Positions 8,174 to 16,695 of a stretch of 58,974 nucleotides of DNA are shown piece after piece. The position numbers and the translations under genes are program-made. The notes below the pieces were generated by a model, which was given only the letters and a program-made list of their open reading frames with translations, was not told the DNA's origin and did no database searches. The number at the start of each line of letters is the position of its first letter. The first letter of the stretch is position 1. Where the stretch lies: NCBI GenBank assembly GCA_043821025.1, contig JBDRDF010000006.1, positions 1-58,974 of the forward strand. The letters run 5' to 3'. The DNA is from Candidatus Omnitrophota bacterium. GTDB lineage: Bacteria; Omnitrophota; Gorgyraeia; Pluralincolimonadales; CAZUZR01.

Positions 8174-8202
8174 ATTTTATATTTTTCACGCAAAAAAGTC
8201 AA
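8174..8202 (-). promoter_or_regulatory. Putative sigma70-type promoter upstream of pilM
   Basis: Minus strand reads TTGACT (8202..8197), 17 nt, TAAAAT (8179..8174). Confidence 0.4.
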
Positions 8203-8272
8203 GGAAAATTGCCGCTTTTTTCGGAATATGTATAAGGCGGGTGAGGATTTGGAGAAAAACAATTTGCGTCCG

Positions 8273-9247
8273 CTATTCTTTGCGCCAGGAGATTATCTGG
8301 ACTTCGGTGCCAGGGTTTATATTGTTTCTGATAGCGTCCATATACGCCTGATTATATTGGGCTGTGATGCTGCCTCGCAAGTCCACATAGTTGCCTGCCC
8401 AGACGCTTCCGTTAACATTCAGACTGCTCCCGCCGCCGAGATTCTTGAAGTAACCCCTTGTATAAACACACCCGTTAATCGAAGCGTTACCGGTAATTTC
8501 AACGTTTTGGACTATGTTACCGCCGACGATTACAAATCCTCCGACGGATGTAGTTCCGTGCATGATCAAGTCGGTCTCTATATAGACTACATTAGGCACC
8601 CCCTCGGTTGGATTATACCAGAATGAAGTCGGCAAAGGCCTGTCTACCGTCGGATAATAATTATTCTGGCTTATAGCGATCTGCTTTAGATAATCAAAAT
8701 CCAGCAAAGCCAGGGGACTGATACTCGGATCGGGTTTTATGTTTTCGAGCGGGATGTTTCCTTCGCCGCTTATACTACCGGCATAACGTACATCTCCCGT
8801 GACGCTATACGCAGTTCCCGTGAAACTTACGTTTCCCGCGGAATATATGGCATTACTCCAGAAATTATCGTCAAGATCCTTTTTCTGAAGAAACGCCTCT
8901 ATCCTGTAATTTGCGCGGGCGTTGGGCGGCACATCAGGCACAAACCCTTCGCCGACTACTTTCCATTTCTTGCCTGCCTCGATGGTATAGATGGTCAAAG
9001 AATACTTCCCTGTCCCCAGACTAACCCCCGTTTCCGAATCACTGTTTGATGGAAGTTTCGCTATCGCTTTATCTATCGCCGCTTCGGCAAGATAAAAAGC
9101 CTCTGTCGATTCTTTATGTCGTTCTGCCGATCTCGTCTCCCCGATTATCCTCGCCAGCATCGAGACGCTTAATATCACAAGGACGGTTATTACAAGAAAT
9201 GTCACTATAAGTACCGAACCGCGCCTTTTTAATATCCTATCATCCAT
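8273..9247 (-). CDS. PilX-N-type pilus-associated protein with a beta-helix-like C-terminus
   Basis: The N-terminus RRGSVLIVTFLVITVLVILSVSMLA is a PilX_N-like uncleaved hydrophobic segment. The C-terminus is G/N/V-rich and repetitive. It lies downstream of the minor pilins. Confidence 0.6.
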   Translation of the reverse strand: MDDRILKRRGSVLIVTFLVITVLVILSVSMLARIIGETRSAERHKESTEAFYLAEAAIDKAIAKLPSNSDSETGVSLGTGKYSLTIYTIEAGKKWKVVGEGFVPDVPPNARANYRIEAFLQKKDLDDNFWSNAIYSAGNVSFTGTAYSVTGDVRYAGSISGEGNIPLENIKPDPSISPLALLDFDYLKQIAISQNNYYPTVDRPLPTSFWYNPTEGVPNVVYIETDLIMHGTTSVGGFVIVGGNIVQNVEITGNASINGCVYTRGYFKNLGGGSSLNVNGSVWAGNYVDLRGSITAQYNQAYMDAIRNNINPGTEVQIISWRKE

Positions 9248-9260
9248 GGCTCTTCTCCTA

Positions 9261-10091
9261 TTAGTTCCTCGGCCTTGCCGAGGCGTCCAAAGTGATCGAC
9301 AGGTTTCTTCTTCCTTGCGAAAGCGTCGTCTCGCTTTTTGACAGGAACAGTCTTATCTTCAAGACGTTTCCCGATAGTGTGAAATCCGCGCCCCTCTCGA
9401 GGACTCCATTCGCGTTATCCGCAGGCATGTTGTTATTCCCGTCGTTCTCGCTCGCATCCAATACCCCGTTATTGTTGCCGTCTTCCGATGATATGTAATT
9501 AGCCCTCGCGGAGCCGGAATTCCTCGGGATCACCAAAGTGGTCCCGTCGCCGCGCGCGAGGCTTATCAAACCTGCGGTCACGCTCGCAAGAGTAAGCGGA
9601 AAAATATTCGGAGCGCTTCCGTAATAACCGGTCGAGCTTCCGTAATCGACGTATTTCCTGAGCTGATTTATCCCGTCGCTTGTGACATACGGGCAGTATA
9701 TTATCGCGGAACGCCAGCTCGGCTTGTAATCTGAATCGAGATGGACGTAATCGTTATTCGCATGCTGGCCGTCTTCCGAAGCGATACCGGGATTGCCCCT
9801 GGCCGAAGCAAAAATGAGTATCTGGTGGTCCTGATTATTCAGCGGATCGGTAAAAAACGGTATCATGCCGGTAAGCACGTCAACTGTTATGGTCCCGGCG
9901 GCGCTCTCGGTAAGGTCTCTTGTTATTTCCTCTATGGCCGTCTTACCGTTGTCAGTAAGCTGCGCCTGAACGTCAAGGGCCTCAAATGCCGCCCTGGCCT
10001 GGGAATAGAAAAGATATATAAGGCCGCTTAATATCACGAAAATGACCAGCACAATCATCATCTCGACTAGAGTATAGGCTTTTCTATCCAT
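9261..10091 (-). CDS. Minor pilin (prepilin-type N-terminal cleavage/methylation domain), PilW-like
   Basis: MDRKA/YTLVEMMIVLVIFVIL class III signal with E5, 276 aa. It contains an EF-hand-like loop, DGNNNGVLDASE. Confidence 0.75.
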   Translation of the reverse strand: MDRKAYTLVEMMIVLVIFVILSGLIYLFYSQARAAFEALDVQAQLTDNGKTAIEEITRDLTESAAGTITVDVLTGMIPFFTDPLNNQDHQILIFASARGNPGIASEDGQHANNDYVHLDSDYKPSWRSAIIYCPYVTSDGINQLRKYVDYGSSTGYYGSAPNIFPLTLASVTAGLISLARGDGTTLVIPRNSGSARANYISSEDGNNNGVLDASENDGNNNMPADNANGVLERGADFTLSGNVLKIRLFLSKSETTLSQGRRNLSITLDASARPRN

Positions 10092-10094
10092 TTT

Positions 10095-10499
10095 CTATCT
10101 CTGCGTCATCCACGTCGTCACGGTCAGGTTCCTGTTTTTTGTCTTCTCTCGCCAGTTAACGGTAACGAGTATAGGCAGCGGATCGGCGGTCTGGTTAGCG
10201 TAACTTACGATTATCGTCTCATCCGTAAGTTTTTTGGGTCCGATGTTTCCAGAAAGGTCCGTCTCTTGCGGAAAATTATTTATGACATTGTTGTTTGTAA
10301 AGGGTGTTGTGTCCCTTATGTCTTCGAGTATATATCTTGCATCGTTTGAGGCGATTATCCTGTTCCTGCACGATTCCATAAATACGATATAATTGATAAA
10401 AAGCATAAGAAGAGGCATGAGCGCGGCGATTAAGATCGTAGCCGCGATCATGAGTTCGATCAATGAAAATCCGTTCTTGCCCGTCCCTTTTTGTCTCAT
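10095..10499 (-). CDS. Minor pilin (prepilin-type N-terminal domain), PilV-like
   Basis: MRQKGTGKNG/FSLIELMIAATILIA class III signal, 134 aa. Confidence 0.75.
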   Translation of the reverse strand: MRQKGTGKNGFSLIELMIAATILIAALMPLLMLFINYIVFMESCRNRIIASNDARYILEDIRDTTPFTNNNVINNFPQETDLSGNIGPKKLTDETIIVSYANQTADPLPILVTVNWREKTKNRNLTVTTWMTQR

Positions 10500-10509
10500 C
10501 TCATATGGT

Positions 10510-10578
10510 CTATTCTACAGGCGCGCCGGCGGCGACCATCAACTCTAATAATGTAAAGCCGCCTCTAATTTTAGTCAT
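10510..10578 (-). pseudogene. Relic of a prepilin N-terminus (22 codons)
   Basis: Hand translation gives MTKIRGG/FTLLELMVAAGAPVE*. The cleavage/methylation motif is canonical, but the ORF stops after 22 codons, 10 nt before the next gene. Confidence 0.45.
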
Positions 10579-10599
10579 GTGAGATCACTTACCCGTCAG

Positions 10600-10627
10600 T
10601 TTATAATACCTAATATAAAAAAGTCAA
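10600..10627 (-). promoter_or_regulatory. Putative sigma70-type promoter for the minor-pilin genes
   Basis: Minus strand reads TTGACT (10627..10622), 16 nt, TATAAA (10605..10600). Confidence 0.35.
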
Positions 10628-10650
10628 GAAAAAATACCTTGAAGCTGCAA

Positions 10651-11085
10651 TTACTCGATAGGCGTTCCGCTAGAATTGTTTAACCTAATTACGCCCGCCT
10701 GATTCACAAAGAAAACCCTCGTTCCCGTAACGTTAGGGTCTTGAGGAGTAGCGGTACAAGTATATTGAGAGGTGCTAACCCTCGTATAGGCAAAAGTATA
10801 ACCCTGTTTTGTACCGCCGCCTAATGTGGGATCGATATAGGGTGGCGTTGCGCTACTTAATGCTCCTAAGGTTCCAGGATAATTTGGCGATGCCTGATCG
10901 ACGCTATAACTCTCACACGCAATAGCTATTGTATGTAACGCTGCTATCGCTGCAGTTTCATTGGCATTTAGACGCACACGGCGTAAATTAGGTATCGAAA
11001 TTGCGGCTAATAAAGCTATGATTCCAACGACGATCATAATCTCAATGAGCGAAAAACCTTTTTTTTCGCAAAACCTCATCATCAT
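10651..11085 (-). CDS. pilA: Type IV pilin (major-pilin-like), paralog 3
   Basis: MMMRFCEKKG/FSLIEIMIVVGIIALLAAISIPNL. It shares conserved blocks with the two pilins at 20103 and 20747. Confidence 0.85.
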   Translation of the reverse strand: MMMRFCEKKGFSLIEIMIVVGIIALLAAISIPNLRRVRLNANETAAIAALHTIAIACESYSVDQASPNYPGTLGALSSATPPYIDPTLGGGTKQGYTFAYTRVSTSQYTCTATPQDPNVTGTRVFFVNQAGVIRLNNSSGTPIE

Positions 11086-11178
11086 TTAAGTCCCTCCTTC
11101 CTCGCTAATTAGGTTTTTAAAGAACATTAGCTTAAAACGATGAATTTATAATTTCGCACCCTCGGCCTTTCTAATAAA

Positions 11179-11206
11179 AGTATATCATAAATCCTATGTT
11201 TATTAA
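11179..11206 (-). promoter_or_regulatory. Putative sigma70-type promoter of pilin paralog 3
   Basis: TTAATA (11206..11201), 16 nt, TATACT (11184..11179). It is positionally homologous to the promoters at 20630 and 21266. Confidence 0.45.
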
Positions 11207-11238
11207 AGACGTTATTAAATTAAGCAGATGGAGTTGCA

Positions 11239-13053
11239 TTAATCTTCTATTAACTCCAAAGCATCTTTTGCGGGCTTGTAATCCTTGGATATCTTCAGAG
11301 CTTTAAGCCAGTGCGCTTTGGCTTTTCGATATTCACCTTTTTTATAATACAAATGTCCAACATCTACGTGCACTCCGGGATACTCGGGATAAAGTCTTAA
11401 ATACTCTTCGTATGCCTTAATTGCTTCATCTATAAGGCCTGCCCTTCTATAACTTAATGCGAGATTATAACGGGCGTCGTCGAAGTAGGGATTCTTCTTT
11501 AATGCAATAAGAGCTGCTTCGATCGAGTCTTTATATTGACCTTTTTTACCATAAACAACAGCTAAACTGTTGTAGGCTGTTGCCCTCTCGGAATACATCT
11601 CTGTCGCTATTTTATATATCTTTATTGCTTCGTCGACTAATCCTTTCTTAAGATAAATATGTCCGAGTAAATCAAGGGCTTCATAATACGAGGGGCATAA
11701 TTTCAGCGCTATCTTGACCTCTTCCATCGCTTCATCTAAAAAATCCATCTTATAATATGCATTGGCTAAATTAAGATGTGCCCGTGGGCTATTAGGGACT
11801 GCCTTGGCTGTGTCGTACCAAAGGGTAAAGTCGTTATTCCACACTCTGTTCCTTTCAAATGTGACTCTTCCCGAAGCTATAATTATAAGGAAAAATACAA
11901 AAAATACCGATGCCTTCCAATTCAAATGAGGCATTCTAATATCTTTTTTCAGTAGCCAAGAAAATAAAAATCCCATCGCAATACAAAAACCTACCGATGG
12001 GATATACATATAACGCTCAGCAAATATGTTTCCCTGCGGGAATATATTACTTACTGGCAAAATGGTAATAAAAAACCAAATTATGGAAAACGACAAGATT
12101 GTATATTTCTTAACATTTTTGATGGCGAGAAACAAAAATAATAACATAATAATTATCCCTAACAACACTGCCGGCTCAAACAAGGAATTTGCTGCCTGAA
12201 AGAGATAATCCGCCTTTAAATTGTAGGGGAAGAATAAAAGCCTTATATAAAAAGTCATGATTTTTATCACCGTAAAGAACCACCAGTGAGGGGTCGTTCC
12301 GGGCAGATAATTTGACGCGTAACGAACATTTTCGACGATAAAAGAGCTGCCTATAACGTAAAAGCGTATGAGCAAATACAATCCCAGAACAACAAAAAAG
12401 CCGATGTGAAAACGCATAAAGTTCCTAATAACGCTTTTTACGTTGCGTTTACTTATGTAAAGAAAATCTAAACAAAGAACGACCAAGGGCAACGTTATAG
12501 CCATTTCCTTAACCAACAACGAGATAAAAAAACAAAGCAACGAAAACAAATAAAAAATCGATTTCGTTGTAAGAGTGTATTTCAAAAATAGAATCAACGA
12601 AAGCAGAAAAAAGGCAAACGCTATAACATCGACCCTACCGCTTACAAAACTGACTGCTTCGGTATGTATAGGGTGCACGCTAAATAGTAAGGCCGAAAAA
12701 AATGAAATAAGCTTATCCTTTGATAACATCTCAGCAAAGAAAAAAATTAAAACACTAACTAATATATGAAAGATTAAATTGGTAAGATGATAACCAAATG
12801 GGTTATTATGCCAAAATGCATAGTCTAACATAAAGGAAGCGGCCAACAACGGGCGATAATATCCGCTGACCATCGTCTGTATGCCGATATTCCAGAAATC
12901 CTGAACAAAAAATTTAGGCAGGAATTTAAAAGATTTCATATAGGGATTGGGGACTACGAAAATATTATCGTCCCAGACAAAATGCGCAAATAAGGTATTA
13001 AAATATGAAGCCAAACAAGCGATAGCAATTAAGATACTTTTGCGAACTTGCAT
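11239..13053 (-). CDS. Polytopic GT-C-type glycosyltransferase with C-terminal TPR repeats (PMT/TMTC-like)
   Basis: 604 aa. FVWDD acidic motif in the first loop, YRPL..., more than 10 TM helices, and a TPR array at the C-terminus. Confidence 0.7.
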   Translation of the reverse strand: MQVRKSILIAIACLASYFNTLFAHFVWDDNIFVVPNPYMKSFKFLPKFFVQDFWNIGIQTMVSGYYRPLLAASFMLDYAFWHNNPFGYHLTNLIFHILVSVLIFFFAEMLSKDKLISFFSALLFSVHPIHTEAVSFVSGRVDVIAFAFFLLSLILFLKYTLTTKSIFYLFSLLCFFISLLVKEMAITLPLVVLCLDFLYISKRNVKSVIRNFMRFHIGFFVVLGLYLLIRFYVIGSSFIVENVRYASNYLPGTTPHWWFFTVIKIMTFYIRLLFFPYNLKADYLFQAANSLFEPAVLLGIIIMLLFLFLAIKNVKKYTILSFSIIWFFITILPVSNIFPQGNIFAERYMYIPSVGFCIAMGFLFSWLLKKDIRMPHLNWKASVFFVFFLIIIASGRVTFERNRVWNNDFTLWYDTAKAVPNSPRAHLNLANAYYKMDFLDEAMEEVKIALKLCPSYYEALDLLGHIYLKKGLVDEAIKIYKIATEMYSERATAYNSLAVVYGKKGQYKDSIEAALIALKKNPYFDDARYNLALSYRRAGLIDEAIKAYEEYLRLYPEYPGVHVDVGHLYYKKGEYRKAKAHWLKALKISKDYKPAKDALELIED

Positions 13054-14291
13054 ATAAGCTCCGAGCCTAATATATATTTGTAAGATTCCATTTTAAATCC
13101 CATATTCTCCATACGCCTGACCAAATCCCCTCTGGTATAATGCGAGATGTGCTCATCGGCATAACCTCCGGGGACTAATTTTTTATACAGCCATTCTATT
13201 ATACGCCAAGAGAGCCTTGAATAATCTGGAGTTCCCAAAATCAGAATTCCGCCTTTCTTTAACACCCTCTTTAACTCCTCAAAAATTGTATCTTTTTGCT
13301 TTAAATGCTCGATTACCTGCGAACAGATTATCTCATCGAAGACGGCGTCTTTAAAAGGAAGGTCTTTTATATCCGCATTTACAAGTGGGTTGCCTAACGA
13401 CAGATTATAGCGTAATTTCTTGAGGTTTATGTCCAGACCGATTGCCTGAGGAAAAGCCCCTAAAATTTTACTTGTGCCGCATCCCGCATCGAGGATACGC
13501 CGTGGATATCCGGCGTAACCGCAAATGATCTTATATCTTTTGCGTTGCCAAAAACGTTGCAAAGGTATTCTACTATAAAATGCACGTTCATCATAATCGG
13601 CTGCTGCTATTGTATTCCTTACCTTCCACAACTTAAAAAATGTGCGCAAGTAGCCAAGTCCAAATCTAATTATTCTCGCATGGGATCTTCCTTTGGACCG
13701 GGGTTGATAATGAAATGGGATTTCTTTAACCTTAAACCCATTCATATAGGCCTTGACCAAAATCTCAATTAAGACATTAAAATCCCTCTCAGAAAAATCA
13801 ATCTCATCAAAAATTTCAGCATTATATAATCTAAAACCGCTCGATATATCCCTTAAAGGCAAAGATAGAGCCGTAGATAAAAACCTATTCAAAATTGTAC
13901 TTAATATTCGACGCGAAATCGGCATATTAGCCAACCCGCCTCTTACATATCGAGAAGCAATAACGATATGGGCAGCGTCTCTGTGGAAGAATAATCTTTT
14001 TATGATGTAAGGGTTATGCGAAAAGTCCGCATCCATGGTAATTATATATTTACCTTTTGCGATTTGGATCGCCTCCCTTAAGGCACCTCCGTAGCCAGGG
14101 TGTTCCTGAATAAAGACCTTTGCCCCCTTGTCTTTGGCAATTTGAAAGGTATTATCCTTTGAGCCGGCATCAACAACGATAATTTCATAATCGTAATTCA
14201 AACCTCTAAATATCTCTTTTATCTTATCGATAAGAATGGCTATATTTGTTGCTTCGTTAAAAGTGGGCAGTATGATAGAGAAGCCCATCAT
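13029..14291 (-). CDS. GT2 polyprenyl-phosphate sugar synthase (Dpm1/GtrB/CsbB-like) fused to a class I SAM methyltransferase
   Basis: The N-terminus carries IILPTFNE..., IIVVDAGSKDNT and DADFSHNP. The C-terminus carries ILDAGCGTSK...VIEHL...GGILILGTP. Confidence 0.75.
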   Translation of the reverse strand: MMGFSIILPTFNEATNIAILIDKIKEIFRGLNYDYEIIVVDAGSKDNTFQIAKDKGAKVFIQEHPGYGGALREAIQIAKGKYIITMDADFSHNPYIIKRLFFHRDAAHIVIASRYVRGGLANMPISRRILSTILNRFLSTALSLPLRDISSGFRLYNAEIFDEIDFSERDFNVLIEILVKAYMNGFKVKEIPFHYQPRSKGRSHARIIRFGLGYLRTFFKLWKVRNTIAAADYDERAFYSRIPLQRFWQRKRYKIICGYAGYPRRILDAGCGTSKILGAFPQAIGLDINLKKLRYNLSLGNPLVNADIKDLPFKDAVFDEIICSQVIEHLKQKDTIFEELKRVLKKGGILILGTPDYSRLSWRIIEWLYKKLVPGGYADEHISHYTRGDLVRRMENMGFKMESYKYILGSELICKFAKVS

Positions 14292-16675
14292 TATTTTATT
14301 CCTCCCTTAAATTTGTTTTTAACAATGCGATTAGCTAAAGTGACCGAACTAAATATTAAGAAAGACAACGTTATAAAAAGACCTATCTTTAGCGATGCAG
14401 GAGAATAGAGGAACTCTACTGTATGAATACCCGCAGGTAAATATACTGCCCTTAATATATAATCGGCCTTCAGGATATGCACCTTCTTCCTATCAACATA
14501 AGCCCTCCAGCCAGGAAAATAGTTATCGCATAAAACTAAAAAGCCATCTGCTCTAACATCCGCTTTGACTACCACCCTGTTTGGTGAGTAAGTAGTAATC
14601 ACCGGTTCTGGTTCAATTATAGTAGTTGAACCCTCTTTATTCAATTTAAAATTCTCCTCTAATATTACCGTATCCTTAAAATCAAAAGCCTCGTCGGAAA
14701 GCGCATTCAGAATGTCATCCCTATTTGAAATGAACTTTGCTTTGTGAACGATAAAAGCTTTGGGCAAAGAAATAGGGGTTTGATATATAGTGACATCGTC
14801 ATCGTAATACACCTTCTCAAAATGAGAAAAATCAGATTTCATATCCCCATTTACCAATATATATTTTAAATTCAATAATGCAAATAAACGCGACGGTCTT
14901 CTAATGGAATCGATTACGAAAGGAATATCTAAAGGACGGCCTTGCGTGAAATTTATAAATTCATTGTATCTCCTTGGGACGCATCCGCTATAACCACCTA
15001 TGCTTGGAATTTTATCCATCATCCCTGCATTTCTAGTTAAAGCGCCCAAGGGCAAATACCGACTTTTGCCTATATTACTTTTTAAAAAGTTTACGGCCTT
15101 ATTATCCAAATGACAATCTTTGATTGTAGAGTATGCAAAATAATTACATCCAAAACTTAAAAGATCGCTAATTATAAATAAAGCGACTAAAAATTTCATC
15201 AAATTCTCTTTAAGTGTTCGTTTGACGTAAAATATAAATAGTAAGATGCCTAATAAAACAAATAGAATTGAGTTATTTAAGCTAAGAATTGCAATTTTTT
15301 TTACAAAATCAGGGCTAAATAAACAACCGAAATTAAACCCTGTTTGAGCGGACAATTTATCGTAAGAGACAATAAAGGAATAAACTCTATTCCAGAACGA
15401 TGGAAAATAACTTAAAATGAGCCTCGCACTAAATAAAATGAGAAATAATATAAACCCAAAGATTATTGTAAAAATCAGTTTCCTATCCGTCTCGTTACTA
15501 ATATAATAGTCCTTAAGATTTCTACAACCTAAAGATGCAAGAACGGAGAGTGAAAAAATTCCAAGGATAAGAAATCTGCCGTTCGCACGAAACATATTAA
15601 AACCTATCATATATCTAAAAAGGTATCTGTAAATTGGAAGATATGCGCCTAGCGATAATATAAACGATAATAACAATAAACCTGTAAAAAACCTACTGTA
15701 CCTACCACCTTTTATAATTGCAAAAAAAGCTAAGAATAAAGGCAATATTCCTACATATAAAGAAACTTCCCAGGGATACCACTTACCCCAATATAGAGCC
15801 TTATTTATCCATCCGAAGAAACCTGGTATCAAAATTGTAACTATGTTTTCGGGCGGCATTGAGAAAGGGTAGCTCCAAACTGGATTATTGTATCTTATCG
15901 ATTCCTTTGTCAGTTCAATTAGCGGAAGCAACTGAATTGACGATAGCCCTATACCTAATATCGTAGAACTTAAAAAAATATAAAAAGGATACAAGGTTTT
16001 CTTTATAGAATGATTATCCTTATAGTTATACAAACTCACATCGGCTACATATAAAAATAAGGCAACAAGGGTTATAAATACAAATTGTATATGGCCGGCA
16101 AAGACCTGCAAGGATAATACAAATCCTGTTAAAATGTTAAAGATATACCCTTCCTTAGATAAGGACTTATCGATAAGAAAAAATAACAGAGGCAACCAAG
16201 CGATTACACATAAGACGGTGAGGTGACCAGAAAAAACTCGAGTTATAAAAGCAGACGATAAAGCAAACACACTTGCGCCGACGAAACAAGAAAAACTGTC
16301 GAGCGTTAACCTCTTAAGATATATATACATAAATATACCTGCCATAACTTGATGTAGAACTATAAGAAAATTTATTGCCAAAGGCAATGGTAAAAACAGG
16401 TGTATAAGATTAAATGGATAAAATATAGCTAATTGAGATTCTGCTAAGAGGGGAACGCCAGAGAATATATAGGGATTCCATAGAGGTATTATCCCTTTTG
16501 ATAATAAACCGAACCCAAAATTCCTGATAATAACGAAGAAATCAATTATGTCTCCACTGGAACTTCCTAATATTAATTCCTTCTTTAAACCAATAAGGAA
16601 CAAATAGGGAAAAATAATTATTAAAGATAAAATAGATATCAAAAAAACTTCGTTAGTAATTCTTGATTTTAACAT
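14291..16675 (-). CDS. YfhO-family polytopic membrane glycosyltransferase
   Basis: 794 aa with many TM helices. The C-terminal YFPGWRAYVDRKKV...GIHTVEFLYSP is typical of YfhO. Its stop overlaps the GT2 start (TAATG). Confidence 0.7.
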   Translation of the reverse strand: MLKSRITNEVFLISILSLIIIFPYLFLIGLKKELILGSSSGDIIDFFVIIRNFGFGLLSKGIIPLWNPYIFSGVPLLAESQLAIFYPFNLIHLFLPLPLAINFLIVLHQVMAGIFMYIYLKRLTLDSFSCFVGASVFALSSAFITRVFSGHLTVLCVIAWLPLLFFLIDKSLSKEGYIFNILTGFVLSLQVFAGHIQFVFITLVALFLYVADVSLYNYKDNHSIKKTLYPFYIFLSSTILGIGLSSIQLLPLIELTKESIRYNNPVWSYPFSMPPENIVTILIPGFFGWINKALYWGKWYPWEVSLYVGILPLFLAFFAIIKGGRYSRFFTGLLLLSFILSLGAYLPIYRYLFRYMIGFNMFRANGRFLILGIFSLSVLASLGCRNLKDYYISNETDRKLIFTIIFGFILFLILFSARLILSYFPSFWNRVYSFIVSYDKLSAQTGFNFGCLFSPDFVKKIAILSLNNSILFVLLGILLFIFYVKRTLKENLMKFLVALFIISDLLSFGCNYFAYSTIKDCHLDNKAVNFLKSNIGKSRYLPLGALTRNAGMMDKIPSIGGYSGCVPRRYNEFINFTQGRPLDIPFVIDSIRRPSRLFALLNLKYILVNGDMKSDFSHFEKVYYDDDVTIYQTPISLPKAFIVHKAKFISNRDDILNALSDEAFDFKDTVILEENFKLNKEGSTTIIEPEPVITTYSPNRVVVKADVRADGFLVLCDNYFPGWRAYVDRKKVHILKADYILRAVYLPAGIHTVEFLYSPASLKIGLFITLSFLIFSSVTLANRIVKNKFKGGIK

Positions 16676-16695
16676 ATTTACTAAATAGGACTATA

